NCBI GenBank assembly: GCA_036502605.1
Contig: DASXYI010000004.1
Coordinates: forward strand, 5,712-69,711
Length of the DNA stretch: 64,000 nucleotides
Reading direction: 5' to 3'
Source: Steroidobacteraceae bacterium
GTDB taxonomy: Bacteria; Pseudomonadota; Gammaproteobacteria; Steroidobacterales; Steroidobacteraceae
Below are positions 1 to 8,793 of the stretch, one piece after another (the first letter of the stretch is position 1; every line of letters starts with the position of its first letter). The position numbers and the translations under genes were made by a program. Below the pieces are notes generated by a model. It saw only the letters and a program-made list of their open reading frames with translations, searched no databases and was not told where the DNA came from.

Positions 1-584
1 ACTTCATCCGCTGTGACAATCCAAGGGCCGTAGGGGGCGTGCGTGTCGAATGACTTGCCGAGCATCCATTGAGGGGTCAAGACTTGCCAATCGCGCACGG
101 AAACGTCGTTGCCGCAGCAGAAGCCAAAAACGAAATCCGCGGCGTCTGCGCGGGCGATATGCCGACCGCGCCTGCCGATGACGGCGACCAATTCCGCTTC
201 GTAGTCCAAGCGTTTTGACACTTTGGGCACTTCGATGGGGTCGAAGGGTGCATTGACAGCGGTTGCATGTTTAGAGAACCAGACTTGGTGTTTCGGGGTG
301 GCCAAGCCGCTTTCCTTAATGTGGTCGGCATAGTTCAGCCCAATGGCGAGGATCTTTCCCGGTCGGGCAATGGGCGGTAGCAGGCACGCCTGCTCGAGTG
401 GCACAAAGGTCCGGGCGCTGCGCTCTACCTCGCCAACCTCGGCCTGCGCGGAGGGCCAATTGGCAATCAACGTCATCATGTCCGGCGCGGCGCGCGGCAC
501 AATTCGACTCAGCGGGATCAGGGCGGATCGCGAATAAAGCCCGACTTCGGGTCCGGATCCTGCGTCAAAAGTACATAGCTTCAT
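1..584 (-). CDS. fumarylacetoacetate hydrolase (FAH) family hydratase/isomerase, N-terminal part; the 3' end lies beyond the window start
   Basis: Absent from the ORF track because there is no stop inside the window. Reverse-strand ATG at 584..582 opens an uninterrupted frame down to position 1: MKLCTFDAGSGPEVGLYSRS...GKILAIGLNYADHIKESG...RLDYEAELVAVIGRRG...CCGNDVSVRDWQ...GKSFDTHAPYGPWIVT. These are conserved core blocks of FAH/HpcE-type enzymes. Confidence 0.8.
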   Translation of the reverse strand, partial: MKLCTFDAGSGPEVGLYSRSALIPLSRIVPRAAPDMMTLIANWPSAQAEVGEVERSARTFVPLEQACLLPPIARPGKILAIGLNYADHIKESGLATPKHQVWFSKHATAVNAPFDPIEVPKVSKRLDYEAELVAVIGRRGRHIARADAADFVFGFCCGNDVSVRDWQVLTPQWMLGKSFDTHAPYGPWIVTADE

Positions 585-614
585 GAGGTCTTCGCATTCC
601 CGAGCAGCAATATA

Positions 615-1535
615 TTAGTTAGAATGGGCAAGAACGCCCCATTGGGTTGATCGTAGTTCGTCTATCTCGGCTTTTCTCGGACTTTCCGCGCTGGTAAGTA
701 AATCGCCGTCGGTCCAATGCTCAAGGCGCTGACCCCAAGGATCAAGCCAATAGGTAAACACCTGACTGCCCAGCAGGTGTCGGCCGATGCCCATGTCAAC
801 GGCATAGCCGCGGCTTCGCAAGTGGTCATGGCCAAGCATCAAATCGTCAATGTCGCGAACTTCGTAAGCCGAATGATGGTATCCGGGCGGTTCGCCCGTC
901 TGCATGAGAGCCACGGTGTGGTGATCAGTCGGCGTCTGGCCTCGGTCGCAACGAAGGAAGGCCCCAAAAGTACGGCCGTCGGCAAGCTGGATGGCATCGG
1001 AGACAATCAAGCCGAGATGCTCCTTGTACCACGCCTCGGACCGGGAGAAATCCGTGACCCTCACGACGTAATGTCCAAGCCGCTCAACGTGCGCGGGCCC
1101 CCGAGCGAGTCGCTTGACGGTATCGACACGCCGACGCGCCGCTACGGAGTTCCACCCTATAACGTCCGGCTCATTTAGGCACTGCTCGCGTTGTTGACCG
1201 GCCACAACCTCGATCACGAATCCGTCTGGGTCCTGCAAGCGAAGGAAGTAGCCTCCGCCGGGGGCAGTGAGAGGCCCAATCACGCCGTTCACCGCGCGGC
1301 AGAGCGTCTCGAGATCCGCAATCGACGCCGCTCGAAATCCCACGCAGACAACACCCGCCTCTCCCTTCTCCGTCCAGTGTATAAATGGTGCGTCGCCGCG
1401 CCCTCGCATGAAGAGCGCATCTCGGCTCGATGCGGCTTCCATCATCCCGAAAATTGAAAGAAACTCACGCATGCGATCGAGGTCCGGAGCGCGATAACGT
1501 ATGTATGTCACGTCCTCTATCTTGATAATGCTCAT
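615..1535 (-). CDS. two-domain VOC-fold extradiol ring-cleavage dioxygenase (catechol/dihydroxybiphenyl dioxygenase-like)
   Basis: 306-aa ORF with SD AGGGGAG just upstream of the ATG. Two glyoxalase/VOC modules are visible (..LRLQDPDGFVIEVV.. and ..LGHYVVRVTD.., ..DHHTVAL.., ..HHSAYEV.., ..TYWLDPWGQRLEH..). It sits directly upstream of the FAH-family gene on the same strand. Confidence 0.85.
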   Translation of the reverse strand: MSIIKIEDVTYIRYRAPDLDRMREFLSIFGMMEAASSRDALFMRGRGDAPFIHWTEKGEAGVVCVGFRAASIADLETLCRAVNGVIGPLTAPGGGYFLRLQDPDGFVIEVVAGQQREQCLNEPDVIGWNSVAARRRVDTVKRLARGPAHVERLGHYVVRVTDFSRSEAWYKEHLGLIVSDAIQLADGRTFGAFLRCDRGQTPTDHHTVALMQTGEPPGYHHSAYEVRDIDDLMLGHDHLRSRGYAVDMGIGRHLLGSQVFTYWLDPWGQRLEHWTDGDLLTSAESPRKAEIDELRSTQWGVLAHSN

Positions 1536-1798
1536 CGAAACTCCCCTGGAATTGACCGCCGCCCGGCGCGCATTCGTAGTCTTGCGGGTAACGCCGCGAG
1601 CGGCATCGAGCGTGATTCACGGCAATATTAGCGCTCAATGGTTGACTACAGAAGGCATTTTGCTACACTTATATAGACATCGATTTAATTGATTTCACTA
1701 TATCGCTTTTCCGTAGTGACAGGCTAGCTAAATACGAAATTCACTGAGATTGACGGCCCATTTGGAACTCGCCGCAGCGCGGGAAAAGGAGATACGGC

Positions 1799-2488
1799 AT
1801 GCACCAAGAGACTTCGGCCGACTTAAGCATTGACCCTCCGAATCCGCACAAACCGCCGCTACTGGCGAATGTCTTTCATGCGTCGCGGAGCGGCGTGAGC
1901 AGTCAGCTTCCAATGTTCCCCTACATGGACGACGGCGATATCACCGTGAGCACGACGGTGTTCGTGGGCGGGAAGGGCGAGAGCGGAGTGTTTTATCATT
2001 TCAATACCCGCGATGAGATTGCGGTCATCTTTGGCGCAAAGGGGGCGCCTATTCGGCCAGGCGACACATTCACTGGAGCTCGAGAACATAGTGTCGGAGG
2101 TTATCTCGAGCATCCGGAAGATCCGGACGGGGTTGTTCTTCTGACCGTGATCCAGAGGCAGAGCGAGCCGGGCGTAGAGCAGAGCGAAGCGATGAGCTGG
2201 CTATGCAGCGCATGCCAAGCCGTGCTGCAAAAGCAGAGTTACCCTGGCAAGCCGAGCATGGAGCGGCCGCCCGGCTTTTCTCCGCCACAGCAGTCTGTGC
2301 TCGAGGCCGCCAAAGTGATCGGCGCATTTAACGCGGATGCCGCCGAGCGGACCTGCAAAAGCTGCGGCCATTTGAATGAACCGTTCCCGGTTCATGTGTG
2401 GGGCTGGAACAACTACGCGGCAAATTACTTCTCGGCCGAGAGCGCGCGCAGACAATTTCTTGCGGCTGCGTCCAGGGAGGATCGCTAA
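1799..2488 (+). CDS. cupin dioxygenase related to 3-hydroxyanthranilate 3,4-dioxygenase (3-HAO-like, putative catalytic paralog)
   Basis: 229 aa with SD AAGGAGA before ATG 1799. His and Glu are spaced as in the 3-HAO iron site (YHFNTRDE versus YHDDPLEE in bacterial 3-HAO, compared from memory). A C-terminal Cys4 pair (WLCSAC ... RTCKSCGH) resembles the rubredoxin-like site of 3-HAO. Confidence 0.75.
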   Translation: MHQETSADLSIDPPNPHKPPLLANVFHASRSGVSSQLPMFPYMDDGDITVSTTVFVGGKGESGVFYHFNTRDEIAVIFGAKGAPIRPGDTFTGAREHSVGGYLEHPEDPDGVVLLTVIQRQSEPGVEQSEAMSWLCSACQAVLQKQSYPGKPSMERPPGFSPPQQSVLEAAKVIGAFNADAAERTCKSCGHLNEPFPVHVWGWNNYAANYFSAESARRQFLAAASREDR

Positions 2489-3058
2489 ATGCCGCGGCGG
2501 ATGATGGCGCAAGCGTTTGACCACGCATTGCAACGAGGACCATACGATGACTATCCGGTTCTTACCGCGGGCATCGATCCTCAGATTTGCCTAAGCCGGA
2601 ACGATCGTCCGCAGCCTTTCTATCTAATCTGCCAGAAAGATTGCGTACTCGTGCAAATGTCGGGCAAAGCGAGCATTCGCTTTCAAGGATCGAGCGTCAA
2701 TTATTTCGATGCTGTCCCAGGCGATCATATCTATGTGCCGGCTGGCACGCCGCATCGAATTGTTCCCGTGCAAGAAGCGATTCAGTACCGCATCAAAGCG
2801 GAGCACAGCGGCCTGGAAGCCGCCGCTTGGTACTGTGAGAGCTGCAATACAGAGCTCTGGCGATTCACGTGGGATACCGCGCGGACGCTGCCGCAAGAGG
2901 GCTATTTGCTCGCGTGCGAGCGCTTTAATGCCGAAGATGCGAAGCGCCGCTGCAAGGCGTGCGGACACGAGCACGCGGCCGTGGACCTCACGGGATATCG
3001 TTGGCAAGAGGTCGCAAATGAATTGCGCGAAGCGCCGGAAGCCACTGAGGCATGGTAG
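2489..3058 (+). CDS. 3-hydroxyanthranilate 3,4-dioxygenase-like cupin, second paralog with altered metal-ligand positions
   Basis: 189 aa. The ATG follows the TAA of the previous gene with no gap (TAAATG). The protein is collinear with bacterial 3-HAO from the cupin core to the C-terminus (GDHIYVPAGTPHRIVP; WYCESC...FNAEDAKRRCKACGHEH). In my manual alignment two of the three 3-HAO iron ligands fall on Ser and Gln. Confidence 0.75.
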   Translation: MPRRMMAQAFDHALQRGPYDDYPVLTAGIDPQICLSRNDRPQPFYLICQKDCVLVQMSGKASIRFQGSSVNYFDAVPGDHIYVPAGTPHRIVPVQEAIQYRIKAEHSGLEAAAWYCESCNTELWRFTWDTARTLPQEGYLLACERFNAEDAKRRCKACGHEHAAVDLTGYRWQEVANELREAPEATEAW

Positions 3059-3081
3059 ACCACCGCCGCCGCGGCGATATA

Positions 3082-3525
3082 TCAGTGCGGGGGTGGTTGA
3101 GGGTTTGAAGCGGGGACGGGTGTCGACTCGTTTCGCCGGCCCGGCTTGCGGCTCAGCCAAAACGACGCAACAACGATAGATAAGATGAACGCTTCGCGCG
3201 CCAGGAATATGAGATTGGCGCTGGATGCCGTATCGAGCCAAATGCCGACCAGCCGAAATATGACCGCGCAGAGAATCACGGTAGCGGCGGCGATTTGGCC
3301 GGCCAAAAGCAGTTCGCGTCGAATGGCGCAAAGCACGCAATAAAGACCGACACCGAGATGAAAACCGCCAAATGCGACTCGGACGTGTGACGTCGCAATG
3401 GTAGGACCGAGCGATACCAACGTCACCTCTTCGGGCTTGAATCCAAAATGCAGACCGATCACGGCGAGCACGACCCCGGCGAAGCACAGCATTGCACGCG
3501 ACGCGAAGGGTCGAGCGCTAATCAT
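3082..3525 (-). CDS. small four-helix integral membrane protein (DUF4345-like)
   Basis: The ORF track gives 3082..3675, but its first 50 codons overlap the 3' end of the TBDR gene. The internal ATG at 3525 gives 147 aa, MISARPFASRAMLCFAGVVLAVIGLHFGF..., with four hydrophobic stretches. The family assignment is from memory and unverified. Confidence 0.5.
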   Translation of the reverse strand: MISARPFASRAMLCFAGVVLAVIGLHFGFKPEEVTLVSLGPTIATSHVRVAFGGFHLGVGLYCVLCAIRRELLLAGQIAAATVILCAVIFRLVGIWLDTASSANLIFLAREAFILSIVVASFWLSRKPGRRNESTPVPASNPQPPPH

Positions 3526-3589
3526 GTTAGCCGTCCACCATCGAGCAGGACGAGTGGCTTCAAAGTGCACGACACTGCGACCCTCCCCC

Positions 3590-5968
3590 TCAGTAATAGT
3601 GGTATCCAAAGCGAATCCCGTACGTGACGGGCATGCCGGCCCGACGGTATTCCGTGTCCTGGACTGCAGAGGCATCAGTCCAATAGTAGGCGTTGGTCAC
3701 GTTTCGTCCCCATAATTCCACAAACCACCTAGCGTCGGCTGAGCCAACGCCTGCCGTGAGGTCCAAGAGCCCGTAGCTTCGGATCCTTTCGAAATCCAGT
3801 TGCCCAAAGGCAAACTGCGTGCTCGTCCTATAAGAATAGTCGACACCGGCATATACGTTAAGACTCCCCGCCGTCTTCCAGTCATACCGCGCACCGGCGA
3901 CTGCAGCCCATTTCGGCGTGAATGGAAATGGCTGGTTCTTGAAATTTATCGTTTGGCCCAGGGTATTGGTGTTTAAAAAATCCTTCGTCACGCGAGAGTC
4001 CAAATAGGTGGCGGCAGCGTTGAGTGTCAGTGCCGAGACGGGCCTCCATTTGGTCGACAGCTCGAAACCGTTCACCTCAGATGCCGGCACATTGATCAGA
4101 GCAAAGAGGACTCCAATGGGGGTGACCAGTGACCCGTTGATCTGCTTATTCTTGTAGTCATAGTGAAAATAGGCACCGTCCAACTGCAAGCTGGCGCCCA
4201 ACCACGCAGTCTTGAATCCAGCCTCGGTGGCGAGAACGGATTCCTGGGTGACCGGAGTCAAGGCCGGGTCGAAAATTGCAGCTTGAGTGGGGAACGCGCC
4301 TGCCTTGTAACCCTTCGTCACACTGACGTACAGGAGCTCGCGCTCAGCGGGCTTCCAGTTCAACTCGGCGCGCCACGAACTGTCGTGCTCATTCAGATCG
4401 CTGTAAACGGTCGCTGGCGTAAGGGTTGCGCTGCTGAGAGTCGTGCATTGGCCCGGCAGGGCGGGTACGTAGGGGAGGGAGGAATTGGGCGGAAAGCTCT
4501 TCAAGAAGCTCTGAAGCGCATTGCTTCTGGCGGCGAACAGGCCATCTCCCGGGTCCCGGGTGCAGCCGTTGAACGAGTCGCGGGAGTCCGTATATCGTGC
4601 GCCAGCATGTACGGACACCTGATTGGTTAGATCAAATGACGAATTGACAAAAGCGGACTTCGTCTTGACATGGGAGGTCGACTGGTTCTCCACGCTGTCC
4701 CACCGCGGGCCGCCTGCAAAGGCGAACGCGTACGACGCGGTGGACTCTGGAACAGCTACGTGTTGAATATCAGTGCTCTTGTCCGACGCGTAGTTCAGGC
4801 CCGCGAGCCACTTCAATCGTGAGTCCAGCGCCTCACCGCTTAGCCGAAGCTCCTGATAAAACGAGTGAATGTTCCCATGCAACCGTAACGATTCGTTTTG
4901 TAAAGGCACCCCGCCGAAATCGTAGACCGATCCCGTGTGGTAGCCGGAGAACGCGGAAATGGACACCAATTGCATCGATGGCAATATCTCATAGTTGGCG
5001 CGGAGCGACGTCTGATAGAAGTGCTCGTCAGCCTTTGGATCGAGGCCCGGCACCCAATTGGCCGCACGGGCGTCGTGCGGCGCGAGGGGCGACGCCAGCA
5101 AAGCGGGCACCGTCGCGGCGATCATCCCGGGATTCACAAAGCCGGTAAGCTGTCCCGCTTGCGTGTCGGAACGGTCAATCCAGCCATTCACATTGAACTG
5201 CAAATGAAGTTTGTCGGTGGGCGTCCACTCACCGAGCAGGCGAATCTTCTGGACATTCCGATTTCCCAATGAGTCCGAGCGGGTGTAGTTCTCTTGCCAA
5301 GCGCCGCCCTCGTCCACATCGACGGCCGCGCGCACGCGGAAGGTCGATGTGACCGGACCGCTGATAAACGCGGCGACATTGGTGGCATTGAATCTGCCGT
5401 ACGTGACACGCACGCCGGTTTCGAGAGACGAGGTAGGCTTGGCGGCGATGAAATTGATCGCGCCCCCGGTCGAGTTCTGGCCAAATAAGATGCCTTGGGG
5501 CCCCTTCAGGATCTCCACGCGATCAAGATCCATCAACACCCCGCGCGTCATGGACGAGTAAGCAAACGGAACTTCATCGGTGTATGCGGTCACCGCCGGT
5601 GGCGCGGCCAGCGCGAAATCATAGTACCCGATGCCTCGAATGGTAAATGTCGGCGTTCCCGACGAGGACTGTCCATACGTAAAGCTCGGTTCGATTTTGG
5701 AGAAGTCCTTTATCGCATCAATGCCGCGCGCGGCCAACTCGTCGCCTGTTTCGGCCGTTATGGACATGCCCACATCGCTCAGGCGTTCTTCGCGTTTCTG
5801 GGCCGTGACGACAATTTCCACCAGTGAATTTTCGGAGTCCAGCCGCGCAGGCGGCGGATCACTCTCGGAAAAGGCCGGCCGGTAGGTCCCGAGAAGCACG
5901 CACAAAGCGAAAACCGCCGTTGCAACGCGGCTCGATCGCGAAAACTCACGGGCATTTTGCCAACGCAT
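3590..5968 (-). CDS. TonB-dependent outer-membrane receptor
   Basis: 792 aa. Signal peptide ..VATAVFALCVLLGTYRPAFS. Plug blocks ..EIVVTAQKREERLSDV.. and ..LDRVEILKGPQGILFGQNSTGGAINFI... A long beta-barrel region follows, ending ..VTYGIRFGYHYY. Confidence 0.9.
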   Translation of the reverse strand: MRWQNAREFSRSSRVATAVFALCVLLGTYRPAFSESDPPPARLDSENSLVEIVVTAQKREERLSDVGMSITAETGDELAARGIDAIKDFSKIEPSFTYGQSSSGTPTFTIRGIGYYDFALAAPPAVTAYTDEVPFAYSSMTRGVLMDLDRVEILKGPQGILFGQNSTGGAINFIAAKPTSSLETGVRVTYGRFNATNVAAFISGPVTSTFRVRAAVDVDEGGAWQENYTRSDSLGNRNVQKIRLLGEWTPTDKLHLQFNVNGWIDRSDTQAGQLTGFVNPGMIAATVPALLASPLAPHDARAANWVPGLDPKADEHFYQTSLRANYEILPSMQLVSISAFSGYHTGSVYDFGGVPLQNESLRLHGNIHSFYQELRLSGEALDSRLKWLAGLNYASDKSTDIQHVAVPESTASYAFAFAGGPRWDSVENQSTSHVKTKSAFVNSSFDLTNQVSVHAGARYTDSRDSFNGCTRDPGDGLFAARSNALQSFLKSFPPNSSLPYVPALPGQCTTLSSATLTPATVYSDLNEHDSSWRAELNWKPAERELLYVSVTKGYKAGAFPTQAAIFDPALTPVTQESVLATEAGFKTAWLGASLQLDGAYFHYDYKNKQINGSLVTPIGVLFALINVPASEVNGFELSTKWRPVSALTLNAAATYLDSRVTKDFLNTNTLGQTINFKNQPFPFTPKWAAVAGARYDWKTAGSLNVYAGVDYSYRTSTQFAFGQLDFERIRSYGLLDLTAGVGSADARWFVELWGRNVTNAYYWTDASAVQDTEYRRAGMPVTYGIRFGYHYY

Positions 5969-6208
5969 GATAACTCCCCCTTAACGAATGCTCTTATATC
6001 GTCGAGCGCCGCGCGTACCGCTTCACCCGGCGCTCTCTCAGTCGCAGTACACCAGAAGCGCCGAACGCGTGGTATTGGTTCCATTCGTGCCGGCGGGCGC
6101 GAAATCTCACTTGCCGGCGGCGGACAGACGCTCAAGGTGGACAGTGCAAAATATATATAGCATTCTATTACATCAATATCTATGTTTATTTTTAAGGACG
6201 CCCGGACT

Positions 6209-6543
6209 ATGAATCCAGATCATTCGGTCGACGGACAATCGATCCGGCATGCCATCGGCAAGATATGCAAGCGAACCTGATGGTGTTCAAGGCGGCGGCA
6301 TTGTACGACGCAGGAAAGGACTGCGGCGCCGAGGCGAATTCCGCAAAGTATCTGGCCGCAGAAGCCGCGTTTTACGCCTGTGAACAGGCGGTCTTGACTC
6401 ATGGGGGCATGGGATATGCCAAGGAGTACCACGTTGAGCGCTACCTGAGGGAGAGCTGGATTCCGCGTCTGGCCCCGGTCAGCATGCAGCTCATATGCTC
6501 GTATATCGCCGAGCGAATTCTCGAGCAGCCAAAATCCTACTAG
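6209..6543 (+). pseudogene. acyl-CoA dehydrogenase remnant (C-terminal ~100 residues only, apparent frameshift)
   Basis: ORF 6265..6543 encodes the extreme C-terminus of an acyl-CoA dehydrogenase (ACAD): ..LTHGGMGYAKEYHVERYLRESWIPRLAPVS..IAERILEQPKSY. A different frame from ATG 6209 (MNPDHSVDGQSIRHAIGKI..) continues the ACAD-like alignment, implying a frameshift near 6255-6265. The ~290 N-terminal residues of a normal ACAD are missing and AT-rich sequence (6140..6200) takes their place. Confidence 0.6.
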
Positions 6544-6583
6544 GTCCGGCGAGCTCGATGTCCATTCAAATCGGCGTGGGAAC

Positions 6584-7249
6584 TTGTTAAACAAGCTCGT
6601 ACATACGGTACGCGAGGCCGTCCTTGGAATCCGCAGCGGATCGGTGGTCATGATCGGCGGCTTTGGCGCCGTAGGCCAACCGAACGCCCTTATCGAAGGC
6701 TTGATCGAAACCGGCTCGAATGAGCTGACCATCATTGCGAACAACGCCGGAAGCGGCCGAGAAGGTCTAGCACGGCTAATGGAGCTCGGCCGTATTCGGA
6801 AAATCATCTGCAGCTTTCCGCGGCAGCCGGGATCGTTTGTGTTCGAGGACCTTTACAAGCGCGGAGGAATCGAGCTCGAGATAGTCCCTCAGGGCACTCT
6901 GGCGGAGCGAATCCGTGCCGCCGGTGCGGGCATCGGCGCTTTTTATACGCCCACTTCCTACGGAACGGTCCTCGGCCAAGGAAAGGAAACACGCGACCTA
7001 AACGGTCGGATGCAGGTGTTGGAGTTCGCTCTTCACGCGGATTTTGCATTGATCGAGGCGTGGCAGGCGGACCGCTGGGGCAACCTCAGCTACCGGGGAA
7101 GCGGCCGGAACTTCAACCCCGTCATGGCGACTGCGGCAGGCACGTGCATTGCTCAAGCCCATCGCATCGCTGAACTCGGACAGATCAATCCCAATGAAAT
7201 CGTGACCCCGGGAATTTATGTCGATCGGATTGTACAGAGGGACGCATGA
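6584..7249 (+). CDS. 3-oxoacid CoA-transferase subunit A
   Basis: 221 aa with a TTG start. Hallmark blocks ..VMIGGFGAVGQPNALIEGL.. and ..EIVPQGTLAERIRAAGAGIGAFYTPT.. are present. Confidence 0.9.
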   Translation: MLNKLVHTVREAVLGIRSGSVVMIGGFGAVGQPNALIEGLIETGSNELTIIANNAGSGREGLARLMELGRIRKIICSFPRQPGSFVFEDLYKRGGIELEIVPQGTLAERIRAAGAGIGAFYTPTSYGTVLGQGKETRDLNGRMQVLEFALHADFALIEAWQADRWGNLSYRGSGRNFNPVMATAAGTCIAQAHRIAELGQINPNEIVTPGIYVDRIVQRDA

Positions 7250-7905
7250 GCAACAAGGAAACTCCGGATTTGCAGGGTTGGAGCCGGAACGAAATGGCGT
7301 CGCGTTTGGCGGAGGATATTCAGGAAGGCTGGTATGTAAACCTTGGAATCGGATTGCCAACTTTGGTAGCCGATCATATACCTTCGCACCGAGACGTCGT
7401 CATCCACTCCGAAAACGGCATATTAGGGGTCGGTCCAAGACCGCCGACGGCTGCAGCGGACCCATGGCTGATAAATGCCGGAAAGCAGCATGTGACGCTG
7501 CGACCGGGCGGCGCATTCTTCAATCAGGCGGAAAGCTTTGGAATGATTCGGGGCGGCCATCTGGATCTATGCGTACTGGGTGGATATCAAGTGGCGCAAA
7601 ACGGCGATCTCGCCAACTGGTCCTTGGACTCGGACGCGGCGCCAGCCGTCGGCGGAGCGATGGACCTCGCGGTCGGCGCAAAGCGCGTCTGGGTCATCAT
7701 GGATCACCTGGCAAAAGACGGGCTCCCGCGCCTCGTTACGCGCTGTTCCTATCCTGTTACAGCCCTTGGGGTTGTCGGGCGTGTCTATACCAATTTTGCG
7801 GTCTTCGACGTGGGGCCGCAGGGATTCTGCGTTCAGAGGATAAATCCTGGCTTAACACTGAAAGATCTGCAGAAACTTACGGGCGCACCATTCATCAGTG
7901 CTTGA
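7246..7905 (+). CDS. 3-oxoacid CoA-transferase subunit B
   Basis: 219 aa. The start overlaps the subunit A stop (ATGA). The catalytic-glutamate block ..VVIHSENGILGVG.. (SENG) is present. Confidence 0.9.
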   Translation: MSNKETPDLQGWSRNEMASRLAEDIQEGWYVNLGIGLPTLVADHIPSHRDVVIHSENGILGVGPRPPTAAADPWLINAGKQHVTLRPGGAFFNQAESFGMIRGGHLDLCVLGGYQVAQNGDLANWSLDSDAAPAVGGAMDLAVGAKRVWVIMDHLAKDGLPRLVTRCSYPVTALGVVGRVYTNFAVFDVGPQGFCVQRINPGLTLKDLQKLTGAPFISA

Positions 7906-7957
7906 GTGCGGCACCGACGTTATCTTCTATTTCAAAGATCGGCGTAACGGGCTTTCG

Positions 7958-8734
7958 TCAAATACGAGTACCCCCGCTCACCTCGATGATTTGGCCCGTT
8001 ATCCATCGGGATTCATCGGATGCCAAAAAACGGATGACATCCACCACATCCCCGGGCTGACCGACGCGCGAGAGCACCGACGCCGCCTTGACCATTTCAC
8101 GAGCGCCCGAGCTCGTCAACCAGGCGGCATTTATATCTGTTTCGATCAGCGCCGGAGCCACGCCGTTGACTGTGACGTTCTTGCGCCCCAGATCCGCAGC
8201 GAGGGCCAGCGTAAGAGTATTCAGGCCGCCCTTGGCTGCCGCATAGGCAGCGTGCTTCGGTGCCGCCAGCCGCGTGTACGCGGAGGACATATTGATGATC
8301 CGGCCGCCATTCGCGAATATAGGCAGAAGCTCCTTCACCAAAAAAAACGGCGCCTTGAGATTCACCGCAAGGAGCGCGTCGTAAGTCTGCTCGTCGGTCT
8401 CCTCCAGGGACTTGTGAGCATCGATCCCGGCATTGTTGAGCAGCACGTCGATCCGCGCTTCGCCGACATGCTTGCGCGCTCCTTCGCAGAAAAGCTCTGC
8501 AATCTTGCGCGCGCCCGCGGCGGGATTCACGCGTAAATCCGCTCTGATCGCCGCTGCCTTGGCGCCATAGCCCTCGATTTCCCGCACTGTGGTCAGCGCC
8601 GCCTCTTCGTTGCTCGAATAGTGCACGCCAACAAATGCGGCGCCGTCCTCCGCAAGCCCTAGCGCCGCTGCACGGCCGATTCCGCGGGAGCCTCCGGTAA
8701 CCAGCACCGCGCGGCCTTTCTGTCGATTGGACAT
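7958..8734 (-). CDS. SDR family NAD(P)-dependent oxidoreductase
   Basis: TGGSRGIG cofactor motif, NNAG, and the Ser...YAAAK catalytic motif. The first ATG of the ORF track (8749) overlaps the SD GGAGG, which sits 8 nt upstream of the second ATG at 8734 (MSNRQKGRAVLVTGG..), so I prefer 8734. Confidence 0.85.
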   Translation of the reverse strand: MSNRQKGRAVLVTGGSRGIGRAAALGLAEDGAAFVGVHYSSNEEAALTTVREIEGYGAKAAAIRADLRVNPAAGARKIAELFCEGARKHVGEARIDVLLNNAGIDAHKSLEETDEQTYDALLAVNLKAPFFLVKELLPIFANGGRIINMSSAYTRLAAPKHAAYAAAKGGLNTLTLALAADLGRKNVTVNGVAPALIETDINAAWLTSSGAREMVKAASVLSRVGQPGDVVDVIRFLASDESRWITGQIIEVSGGTRI

Positions 8735-8793
8735 TCTCAATTCCTCCATCGCTGCATCGTTCCTAAGATTTCCATCTCATAAAGTACATCGAG

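Noticed and set aside
5969-6160. Possible riboswitch (TPP-like CUGAGA motif within a GGCGCU...AGCGCC stem) in the ~190-nt leader of the TBDR gene at 3590..5968.
   Set aside because: Only the CUGAGA hexamer and one flanking helix fit. I could not find the P4/P5 pyrophosphate-sensing consensus (ACCUGAUCUGGAUAAUGCCAGCG) or a B12 box. An Rfam cmscan would settle it, and a significant TPP or cobalamin hit would overturn this rejection.
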